Position numbers and translations under genes: made by a program
The notes under the pieces: generated by a model
Database searches by the model: none
What the model was told of the DNA's origin: nothing
Seen by the model: the letters and a program-made list of their open reading frames with translations, nothing else
NCBI GenBank assembly: GCA_963718915.1
Contig: CAVRAI010000003.1
Location: forward strand, 210,001-242,000
Length of the DNA stretch: 32,000 nt
Direction of reading: 5' to 3'
DNA from: an uncultured Chloroflexia bacterium
GTDB lineage: Bacteria > Chloroflexota > Ktedonobacteria > Ktedonobacterales > JADMIN01
Shown: positions 18,226 to 25,288 of the stretch, piece by piece
Position numbering within the stretch: position 1 is the stretch's first letter
Layout of the letters: each line of letters opens with the position of its first letter

Positions 18226-18797
18226 GGGAACGTCGGCGCCTCCCCTCGGTCTGGCAATCGTTGCTCGTAGGCAGCGCGCAATCGCTGCTTGGCGCGGGCA
18301 AGACGAGTGTTGACGTTCTCAGGCGATGTCCTGAGCATCTCGCCGACCTCACGCGCGCTGAAGCCATGCACCACGCGCAGAAGCAGGCACGCGGCATCTT
18401 GCGGCGCCAGACGACCCAGCGCCGCCCGCAGGATATCGCTTTCGGCCAGCTGCTCTTCGAATGGCGTGCGCGCATCCGGCAGCAACTCGACATGGTCGTC
18501 CAGTGGCTCCCAATGGATTAGCCGATGATGGCGCAGCAGCGAGAGGGCATTATTGGTCGCCACCCGATAGAGCCAGCGCCGGAGATCCACCTCCGCCGCG
18601 CCAGCGACAAACGGCGGTTTTCCCTTGCATGCCGCCTGCCAGGCGTCATAGAAGGTCTCCTGCACGAGGTCGAACGCCTGCTCCGGCTGATCGATGAGGC
18701 CAGCCAGATAGACATGCAGTCGATGCTGATGGGCGTCTACCAGGCAGGCAAAATCATCTTCGGAGATGATCCTGTCCTGCTGCGTCCGCTTGCGCAT
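18222..18797 (-). CDS. ECF (sigma-70 group IV) RNA polymerase sigma factor
   Basis: Region 2 ..DLVQETFYDAWQA..RRWLYRVATNNALSLLR... Region 4 ..DAACLLLRVVHGFSAREVGEMLRTSPENVNTRLARAKQRLR... There is a 4-nt ATGA overlap with the downstream anti-sigma gene. Confidence 0.85.
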   Translation of the reverse strand: MRKRTQQDRIISEDDFACLVDAHQHRLHVYLAGLIDQPEQAFDLVQETFYDAWQAACKGKPPFVAGAAEVDLRRWLYRVATNNALSLLRHHRLIHWEPLDDHVELLPDARTPFEEQLAESDILRAALGRLAPQDAACLLLRVVHGFSAREVGEMLRTSPENVNTRLARAKQRLRAAYEQRLPDRGEAPTFP

Positions 18798-18863
18798 GAG
18801 ATATGTCCTCGCCAGGCGTCAGCACGAGAATCACACGTGCTCAATGGCAATAGCGCACAACCG

Positions 18864-18901
18864 AGGCAAATTGTCAGGCAAATCTGTCAGGCAAATCGAT
18901 C
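18864..18901 (-). promoter_or_regulatory. Three direct repeats AGGCAAAT (minus strand ATTTGCCT) upstream of the ECF sigma gene
   Basis: AGGCAAATtgtc / AGGCAAATctgtc / AGGCAAATcgatc at 18864, 18876 and 18889, with 12-13 bp periodicity. They lie 67-104 nt upstream of the sigma ATG (18797). A 6-bp stem hairpin AGCACG..CGTGCT (18821-18841) sits between the repeats and the start codon. Confidence 0.4.
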
Positions 18902-18957
18902 ATTGCTCTATGCACCGGAGCATCCATGCTATCGCCAGCATTCCGAACAAGGCGCGC

Positions 18958-19120
18958 GCCGTAGCGTAATGAATGTTCACGTATTCCTCCGAACGCCGCG
19001 TGTTGTCGCGGGCGAGGCAGGCCGTAGCGTTGACGGCGTTGTCGCGGGCGAGGCAGGCCGTAGCGTGAACGCTACGGCGAATTTCCTGCCCCTCCCCCCA
19101 TTTGCTGGCAGGCTCCGGCA
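18958..19120 (+). repeat. Intergenic structured repeat, copy D (composite, with internal 29-bp duplication)
   Basis: GCCGTAGCGTAATGAATGTTCACGTATTCCTCCGAAC at 18958. GTTGTCGCGGGCGAGGCAGGCCGTAGCGT occurs twice (19002-19030 and 19038-19066). Full core GGCCGTAGCGTGAACGCTACGGCGAAT at 19056-19082. Then ..TTTGCTGGCAGGCTCCGGCA. Confidence 0.75.
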
Positions 19121-19238
19121 CGCCCAGCTCAGTACACGGTACGGAGGTATTGCTTAACGTTCATCAGACTACGGCTTGACAACCTGAATATTTGCCCACC
19201 GAAACACGGACGCGCTGGCCAGCGTTATGCGAAACAGC

Positions 19239-20801
19239 CTACGCCGCGTTCGCGTAGCCATGGGGCAGGTCGGCGTTGCCGAGAACGTTGCCCGTGGCGT
19301 ACGCAAAGCCAGTCGGCAGCGGACGGGGCTGGCGGGTGCTATGGAGCGGCAGAATGCCATAGGTCGCCTTGAGGGTCAGCAGGCGTCGCACCGATTGATC
19401 GATACGACTCACGCTGATCTGTCCCGAGTTCACAGCGTTCTTGACGGCGGTAATCATCATTTGTAGATGTTGGGGATCCCATGCGCCTTCGAGCAAATCG
19501 TCGCCCGCCTGGATCGCCAGCACGGCGGCCTGGCCGAGCGAATAGCGGTCGCTCACGCCCTGCATCCAGAGGTTATCGGTGATGATAACGCCCTGGTAGC
19601 CCATTTCATCGCGGAGAACACCCTGCACTACCTTGGGCGAAAGCGATGTTGGCATGCTGGGGTCAATCGCCGAAAGGATGACATGGGTCACCATAATCAT
19701 GCCGGGATTGTCCTTCAGCAAGTTCCGGAAAGGCGCGAACTCGGTCGCATCGAGTTGGGCGCGCGTCCGGTCGATGACCGGCAGCGTCAGGTGCGGATCC
19801 TGGTTCGCGTCGCCAATGCCTGGCCAGTGCTTGAGGGTGCCAATGACGTGATTCTGCTGAAGCGCCTGGAGAAACGCGCCGGCATAGGCCGTGACAGTGG
19901 CTGGGTCATCGCCAAAGAGGCGCGGACCCTCTATCTGGCCAGGCGTCACGCGCACATCTACGACCGGGGCGAGGTCGGTATTAATCCCATATTCCGCAAG
20001 CTCCGCCGCAGCGCGCGCTCCCGACTGGGCGGCCAGCTCCGGGTTGCCAGTTGAGCCGAGATAAATGGCGGAAGGCAACGGCGGATTGAAGCCCATATCA
20101 CCCAGGCGGTCAACATTGCCGCCCTCCTCATCCATCGTGACAAACATGGGAATGGTGGTATGCGCCTGCGATGTCGAGATGAATGACGTCAGTTGGCTCG
20201 GACTCACCATATTCTTTTTATAGATAATGATCGCGCCCGCATGCATCTGGCTGACCATTGCCACCATCGTGCTATCCCACGACTGAGCGTAGGTCTCGAA
20301 CATCATCATCTGGCCGATTTTCTCGTCCAGCGTCATCCGCTGCATGGTATAGTCCACCGTCTGGTTGACGATATCGGCGAACGTCAGCGGCTTTTCGGGA
20401 GGATAGTGCGCGGGCGTCGGTATCACCACCCCGGTCTGCGACCCTGATTCGCTCCCACGGGCGCCGCGAGAGAGCGCCGACAAGATGGTTGGCGACAGGT
20501 CACAGGCGAGCACTGCCAGCAGGCAAGCCACGACGGCCAGCAACACTGCCGGGTATGCGCGTTTCGTCCAGCGCCGCGCAGTCGATGGGCCGCGGGCAGA
20601 GGTACGTTTTGCGTGAGCCACTGGCCTGGAGCGCGTGGTAGTCCAGCGTGTCAGTTGCTGGGTTGGTTGCTGGGAGACGTCTTCTGGCTGGCTCTGGTCG
20701 ACAAGGGCGTGGCTGGCGCCAGCCAAACGCTGCTGGGTTTGCTCAAAATGCTCTGCCTGGCGGCGAGGCGGCGTATCCTCTCCACTCCATCCATGCGCCA
20801 T
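19239..20801 (-). CDS. Glycoside hydrolase family 3 (NagZ-like beta-N-acetylhexosaminidase), N-terminally membrane-anchored
   Basis: ..MTLDEKIGQMMMFE.., ..KHWPGIGDANQDPHLTLP.. and ..GVIITDNLWMQGV.. are GH3 N-domain motifs. A TM (AVLLAVVACLLAVLA) follows an ~85-aa cytoplasmic N-terminus. Confidence 0.8.
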   Translation of the reverse strand: MAHGWSGEDTPPRRQAEHFEQTQQRLAGASHALVDQSQPEDVSQQPTQQLTRWTTTRSRPVAHAKRTSARGPSTARRWTKRAYPAVLLAVVACLLAVLACDLSPTILSALSRGARGSESGSQTGVVIPTPAHYPPEKPLTFADIVNQTVDYTMQRMTLDEKIGQMMMFETYAQSWDSTMVAMVSQMHAGAIIIYKKNMVSPSQLTSFISTSQAHTTIPMFVTMDEEGGNVDRLGDMGFNPPLPSAIYLGSTGNPELAAQSGARAAAELAEYGINTDLAPVVDVRVTPGQIEGPRLFGDDPATVTAYAGAFLQALQQNHVIGTLKHWPGIGDANQDPHLTLPVIDRTRAQLDATEFAPFRNLLKDNPGMIMVTHVILSAIDPSMPTSLSPKVVQGVLRDEMGYQGVIITDNLWMQGVSDRYSLGQAAVLAIQAGDDLLEGAWDPQHLQMMITAVKNAVNSGQISVSRIDQSVRRLLTLKATYGILPLHSTRQPRPLPTGFAYATGNVLGNADLPHGYANAA

Positions 20802-21134
20802 ATGCTCATTATCTCCTCATGCGAGCAAGAATCTCACACAGTACATTTTTCATTCGTATTCGGCACACCATAAGACGAAACAGAGAGCAGAGACGTTACA
20901 GCGCGTGACGGCTTATGGGTGAGCTGATGAGTGCTCAGCCGTCGGCAACGACAGCCTTCCACATCACCAGACGGAGCAGCCTTCAATCTTGTGCACGGCC
21001 CACCCAAAAGTCCAGACGGTCGCATGTTTCATGCCCGCCTCATGCCCGCTCCGCGACCGTAACATCCGCGCGTAGTCCCGTGTGAATCCTGGCTCTTGTC
21101 CCGACATCTCGTCGCTCACCCAAAGGAAACGCAC

Positions 21135-21719
21135 ATGGCACACAGGCTTATCAGGAGAACGGCCATCCCCCTTCTTTTGTTCCTGGCGCTCATCATCGTA
21201 GCAGGTCTGGCGGCCTGCGGCGCGACAAGCCCATCGAGCAGCGGCCTGTATGGCTCCAGCAGTACCGCGACAAGCGGCAGCGCTAGCGGTGTCTCGGCCC
21301 AGACAACCTGCGCCAGCAGCACCGCGCTCATCTGCACTCGCTCGATCAGCGTCAATGGCACGAACAAGAATGTGCTCGTGAACCGCGATGGAAAAACGCT
21401 CTACTACTTTACGCCTGATACTGCGACGACGGTCGCATGCACCAGCGCTGGCGGGTGCATCACCACCTGGCCGCCCTTGATGTCAACCTCCGTCAGCGTC
21501 GCGCCCATCGCGGGTCTGACCGGCGTGCTGACAACGGTGGACCGCAGCGGGCAGGCGCAGGTTGCCTACAACGGGCATCCGCTCTACAACTACGCGGCGG
21601 ATTCGGCCCCTGGCGATACCAAAGGGGAAGGCCTGTTCGGCAAATGGTTCGTCGCAACGGTCGATCTCGCGCCCGCCAGTGGCGGTTCGGGCGGCAATGG
21701 CTACGGCGGCGGGTATTAA
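21135..21719 (+). CDS. Predicted lipoprotein with Yx(FWY)xxD motifs (COG4315 family)
   Basis: Signal peptide plus lipobox (..IVAGLAACG). Two motif copies are present: ..GKTLYYFTPD.. and ..GHPLYNYAAD... There is a Gly-rich tail. ATG 21135 is preceded by AAAGGAAA. Confidence 0.75.
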   Translation: MAHRLIRRTAIPLLLFLALIIVAGLAACGATSPSSSGLYGSSSTATSGSASGVSAQTTCASSTALICTRSISVNGTNKNVLVNRDGKTLYYFTPDTATTVACTSAGGCITTWPPLMSTSVSVAPIAGLTGVLTTVDRSGQAQVAYNGHPLYNYAADSAPGDTKGEGLFGKWFVATVDLAPASGGSGGNGYGGGY

Positions 21720-21730
21720 GCTGTAGCGGG

Positions 21731-22264
21731 CTATTCGTGACGCGCGGGGCGTCCAATCGGTCGGTTCTGCTCGTCGCGAGGCAGTTTGTTCTTGCCGGGG
21801 CGGTTACGGTAACGTAGCCGCTCCACTGGCCGACCGCCCACCAGATGCTCGCGCACGATCTCCTCGACATCCTCCGGCCGCACCCCGGCGTACCAGACCG
21901 TCTCGGGATAGATGACCACCAGCGGCCCGAAGCCGCACTGATCCAGACAGCCGGCATGGTTGACGCGCACCCGGTCCCGTAGCCCCGCCAGCGCCACCTG
22001 CCGCTTGAGCGCCGCATGCACCCCCAGCCCGTCGCCATCCACCTCAGCGCAGTGTTTGCCGCCGGTGCAGACGAAAACGTGCTTCTCCCAGATAGCATCG
22101 GTGAGTTCCGTTGTCTCTTCGGTATCTTCAGCTTCGTGCGTCTCGTGTTTTGCCATTTTTGCCATTTTTGCCATTTTTGCCATTGCGCTTGAGCCGTCTC
22201 TTCTCACGTCATCTCGTTCATCGCTGGCCAGGCTCTCCGCCGCCATTGGTTGATATCGTGACAT
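21731..22264 (-). CDS. Thioredoxin-like [2Fe-2S] ferredoxin with a repeat-containing N-terminal extension
   Basis: ..HVFVCTGGKHC..VNHAGCLDQCGFGPLVVIYPETVWYAGVRPEDVEEIV.. is a four-Cys pattern. The N-terminus contains MAKMAKMAKMAK. The true start is ambiguous between ATG 22264 and any ATG of the repeat. Confidence 0.75.
   Translation of the reverse strand: MSRYQPMAAESLASDERDDVRRDGSSAMAKMAKMAKMAKHETHEAEDTEETTELTDAIWEKHVFVCTGGKHCAEVDGDGLGVHAALKRQVALAGLRDRVRVNHAGCLDQCGFGPLVVIYPETVWYAGVRPEDVEEIVREHLVGGRPVERLRYRNRPGKNKLPRDEQNRPIGRPARHE
22148..22183 (-). repeat. Perfect 9-bp tandem repeat x4 (minus strand ATGGCAAAA) inside the ferredoxin 5' region
   Basis: TTTTGCCAT occurs at 22148, 22157, 22166 and 22175. 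Each unit encodes Met-Ala-Lys in frame. Confidence 0.95.
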
Positions 22265-22293
22265 ATTGGCGCCCGCGTCGGCAAGCAGAGTGA

Positions 22294-23727
22294 CTACCCC
22301 TTAAAGCCGAGCTGGCGGGCGATGGCCAGTTCGTGCGCGCTGGGGCCGGGCGCCGTTGAGATGAACCGGTGGGCATTGTTATTGAGGGCAATGAGCGCGC
22401 CAGCCCGATACAGTATGTAGGCGGTTAGTTCGGCGCTGTTATCGCTCTCTGCGAATGTGGCATCCACCACTATCCCTCCCCCAACCGAGGATAGTGCTCC
22501 TGAGCAACCGGTACCCCAGCCCACATTGGAATCATGACGCGCCTCTATGTCGTCGATGATAAGCATACAGAGCACATAGCTCTGGGTTGAGGGCGTCAGC
22601 GTAACCTGCCACGCGCCATCCCACTGAATGGTGATATCAACAGCGCTCTCGCCATTTCTTCCTGGCCCTTGTTGCGTCGTCTGCTGCTGCCCAAACTGGT
22701 CAACATATTGCCATGTGAGGGAAGGAGCGATGCTCCAATGGTTCTCCGCCATGGCGCAGTAGGGCACGCAGGAACCGATACCTGGGCCGATAATTTCCGG
22801 CGCCAGATGATAGCTGAGCGTGATGGGAAACGCCTGACTTGCTGCCAGGAAACGCCCGTCTGGAGTTGAGTAGTGGTCGCCCGGCTGAACCTGGGTTGTC
22901 TCTGTGAAGGCGTCCAGTTTGTGTTGTATGGCCGCTGTCAGGGCATCACGCTGTGCTGTAGAGAGACGATCAGGCGTCGCCCGCAGATCCACGATGCGGC
23001 CAGAATACTGTGTGTTATTCGCTGAGTTTGTCTGGTCTCCAGAATAGAGCGGGCAGGTATCGCTACGCGCTGTGGGGGCGCTGATCGTGCAGGTCAGCGC
23101 GGGCAGTGGTGGCGCGTAATAGGTCAGCGTATTCTCGCCGCGTGGCAGATAGAGGGGCTTCTCACCATCGGTCGCGACGCTTATCGCCTGCCCGTTGAGC
23201 TGGAGTTTGCCCCATACGACACTATGGGTGAAAACCACTGCGCCCGCTGGCGATTTGAGCGGCGTCTGGTTGAAGAGCAGTCGGCTCAGCACCCCGGCAC
23301 GGTTGACCAGCAACGTCGCGACGAGCAACCCAACGACCACCACCGCCGCGATCTCGGCGAAACGCAACCGCTTCCGGGATGTTCCCGGCGTGGTGGGTGT
23401 AGCAGGTGTGATGGCTGATATTTCAAGGACCAGTGGTGATGAATCATCTTCCATCGCCTCATCGGCATCGGCATCCGCATCTCTACCGGCGCGCATGATC
23501 CCCTCCAGTCTGATGCCTGACACATCCGAACGATAATGGCGGCGCAGGGCAACCTCGAAGACGTCGTAGCCCTCACACTGCGCGCGACACCAGGCGCACC
23601 CAGCGATGTGCTGGCGCGTGGCGGTCGCCTCGTCCGGCGTCAGGGTGTCGGTGTTGAGCAGTGGCAGCAGCGGCTCGAAGGCGGCGCACTCCGGCGTTGG
23701 CGCTGGCATCGGCGTTGGGTGTGTCAT
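22294..23727 (-). CDS. Anti-sigma factor: zf-HC2-like N-domain, one TM, ~330-aa extracytoplasmic domain of unknown family
   Basis: MTHPTPMPAPTPECAAFEPLLPLLN..HIAGCAWCRAQ is paralogous to the N-domain of the 16627..18225 product. TM FAEIAAVVVVGLLVATLLV. I did not recognise the C-terminal domain. ATG 23727 lies 5 nt after the sigma stop (23733-23735); the longer ORF (to 23913) overlaps the sigma gene. Confidence 0.7.
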   Translation of the reverse strand: MTHPTPMPAPTPECAAFEPLLPLLNTDTLTPDEATATRQHIAGCAWCRAQCEGYDVFEVALRRHYRSDVSGIRLEGIMRAGRDADADADEAMEDDSSPLVLEISAITPATPTTPGTSRKRLRFAEIAAVVVVGLLVATLLVNRAGVLSRLLFNQTPLKSPAGAVVFTHSVVWGKLQLNGQAISVATDGEKPLYLPRGENTLTYYAPPLPALTCTISAPTARSDTCPLYSGDQTNSANNTQYSGRIVDLRATPDRLSTAQRDALTAAIQHKLDAFTETTQVQPGDHYSTPDGRFLAASQAFPITLSYHLAPEIIGPGIGSCVPYCAMAENHWSIAPSLTWQYVDQFGQQQTTQQGPGRNGESAVDITIQWDGAWQVTLTPSTQSYVLCMLIIDDIEARHDSNVGWGTGCSGALSSVGGGIVVDATFAESDNSAELTAYILYRAGALIALNNNAHRFISTAPGPSAHELAIARQLGFKG

Positions 23728-23732
23728 CTCGG

Positions 23733-24332
23733 TTATCCTTCGTGCGGCTCGTGTAAGGGCGATGGTGGCTGAGGCTGTGAGAGGGCAAGATAGGCGTCGC
23801 GCAGGCGCTGTTTGGTGCGCGAAAGCCGCTTGCGCACCGTATCCGCGCGAATGGCGAGAATACCCGCGATCTCGGCGGTGCTGAATCCATGTATGACTTG
23901 CAAGAGCACGCATGCGGCGTCTTCCGGCTCCACACTCCGCAGCGCCATACGCAGCGCCTCGGCCTCGGCGAGAGCATCCTCGAAGCGAACGTGCGCGCGC
24001 AACACATCAGGCGTGATGATTTCACGCGCGTCGAGCGATTCCCAGGTGATGCTTTTCCGCCGACGCAGGTGTTTGATGGCGTGGCGATAGGAGACGGTGA
24101 AAAGCCAGCGGCGGATCCCCGTCAGGTCATCGGGCGCGTTGAAGGGCGCTATATCTCGGCTCGCCGCGCGCCAGGCATCTACGAAGGTATCCTGGGTGAT
24201 GTCGCGCGCCAGCTCGTCGTCGCCCACCAACCCGCGCGCAAAGCCGATGAGCGCTGACTGCATCTGGAGGATCGGCTCCCAGAATGCCGCCGCGTGACTC
24301 ATATGCTCTGGCAGTCGCTCTTTCATGCGCAT
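23733..24332 (-). CDS. ECF (sigma-70 group IV) RNA polymerase sigma factor, paralog of 18222..18797
   Basis: ..DITQDTFVDAWRAA..IRRWLFTVSYRHAIKHLR.. and ..DAACVLLQVIHGFSTAEIAGILAIRADTVRKRLSRTKQRLR.. align closely with the other sigma factor in the window. Confidence 0.85.
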   Translation of the reverse strand: MRMKERLPEHMSHAAAFWEPILQMQSALIGFARGLVGDDELARDITQDTFVDAWRAASRDIAPFNAPDDLTGIRRWLFTVSYRHAIKHLRRRKSITWESLDAREIITPDVLRAHVRFEDALAEAEALRMALRSVEPEDAACVLLQVIHGFSTAEIAGILAIRADTVRKRLSRTKQRLRDAYLALSQPQPPSPLHEPHEG

Positions 24333-24557
24333 GACGCCCTGTTCCCTGTCGCTCGCTGCCCCCGATGATCGGTTGCCGCGCCATCTTCTCTAGCTATATG
24401 CCATAACAGGGCTGTGTTGTGACAGGGTGTGCGTATGCAGTGGCAAACTGGTTCCCTGAAAGCGTACATGGGCAGACAATCCGTCGCCCAAATGACGACA
24501 GACTCAATAGATCGCCCATGCATGCAGCGCAGGCGCCTGTTTGCTGAAGTCTGAATC

Positions 24558-25082
24558 TTAATCAGGTCGCCCGTATGGTGGTTGATTGCCTTGTTGACCA
24601 TACGGTTGTTGACCATACGGTTGTTGACCATACGGTTGCTGACCATACGGTTGCTGACCATACGGCGGCTGTCCATCTGGGGGCTGGCTGTAAGATGGTT
24701 GTTGATATGGTGCGGGATACGCGGATGCTTGATATGGTGCGGGATATTTACTCTGGTATGGTCGGGCTGACTCCGTCGGGCCAAAGAAGATATAGGCTAA
24801 GAAAGCAAAGCCATTGATGAATGGAATGAGCATGCAGGCAAACCAACCCCAGCGAGCGAGCTGCGCCGTTTTGATGAGCGCGCCAATCCATGCCACGGTC
24901 TCCAGGACCATACTAATCAGCGCCAGAAGGAGACCAATAACAGCTCCTCCCGAATCAACAGCAGTGGGCGATGAATAATCGACGCCAGTGCTCCCCGAGA
25001 GAGCGCCGCCAAGAACACAGCCAGCCAGCGCCGCCAGGACAATTGCGCCTAGAAAGAACTTGCGCGTTGTAGAAAGCGACAT
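24558..25082 (-). CDS. Small membrane protein with Pro/Tyr/Gln-rich repeat tail (QQPYG)n
   Basis: ATG 25082 is preceded by AGAGAGGGGA. There are 3-4 hydrophobic segments (..[20 protein letters not shown].., ..[23 protein letters not shown].., ..[21 protein letters not shown]..). The tail reads ..[45 protein letters not shown]... Confidence 0.65.
   Translation of the reverse strand: MSLSTTRKFFLGAIVLAALAGCVLGGALSGSTGVDYSSPTAVDSGGAVIGLLLALISMVLETVAWIGALIKTAQLARWGWFACMLIPFINGFAFLAYIFFGPTESARPYQSKYPAPYQASAYPAPYQQPSYSQPPDGQPPYGQQPYGQQPYGQQPYGQQPYGQQGNQPPYGRPD
24593..24667 (-). repeat. 15-bp tandem repeat x5 encoding (QQPYG)n
   Basis: G(T/C)TGACCATACGG(T/C)(T/G) occurs at 24593, 24608, 24623, 24638 and 24653, flanked by degenerate copies. 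A second 18-bp repeat TTGATATGGTGCGGGATA lies at 24702 and 24729. Confidence 0.9.
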
Positions 25083-25288
25083 GTTGTCCCCTCTCTTCGA
25101 TAGCCCCAGCTGTGATGCATGGCAAACCAACGCGGCCGCATCTCACATCACTTCAACACGCCTGCTATCGAACACGCGCTTATTCTAGCATCATCGCTCC
25201 ATTGATGTATATAGTGCAGGAGTAAAATCGTGATGCATGCATATGTTCTTTGCTTGATGGGCCACTCCTGTTGTCGTGAGACACGCCG

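Noticed and set aside
6598-19120. Whether the recurring GGCCGTAGCG.. palindromes could be a CRISPR array or its remnants.
   Set aside because: Copies are separated by 0.9-9.5 kb of ordinary genes, spacing is irregular, there are no unique spacers of uniform length, and no cas genes are in the window.
20874-20945. CGAAAC (20876-20881) and CUGAUGAG (20924-20931) about 45 nt apart in the GH3/lipoprotein intergenic region, reminiscent of a circularly permuted (type II) hammerhead ribozyme core.
   Set aside because: When the required helices are drawn, stem II pairs only 2 bp (G-C, U-A, then G/G and C/A mismatches) and stem III also only about 2 bp. The two short motifs are most likely coincidental.
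21028-21049. An 11-bp direct repeat TCATGCCCGC(C/T) x2 about 90 nt upstream of the lipoprotein gene, considered as a regulator binding site.
   Set aside because: There are only two short GC-rich units, no symmetry, no second occurrence in the window and no adjacent regulator gene. The support is insufficient.
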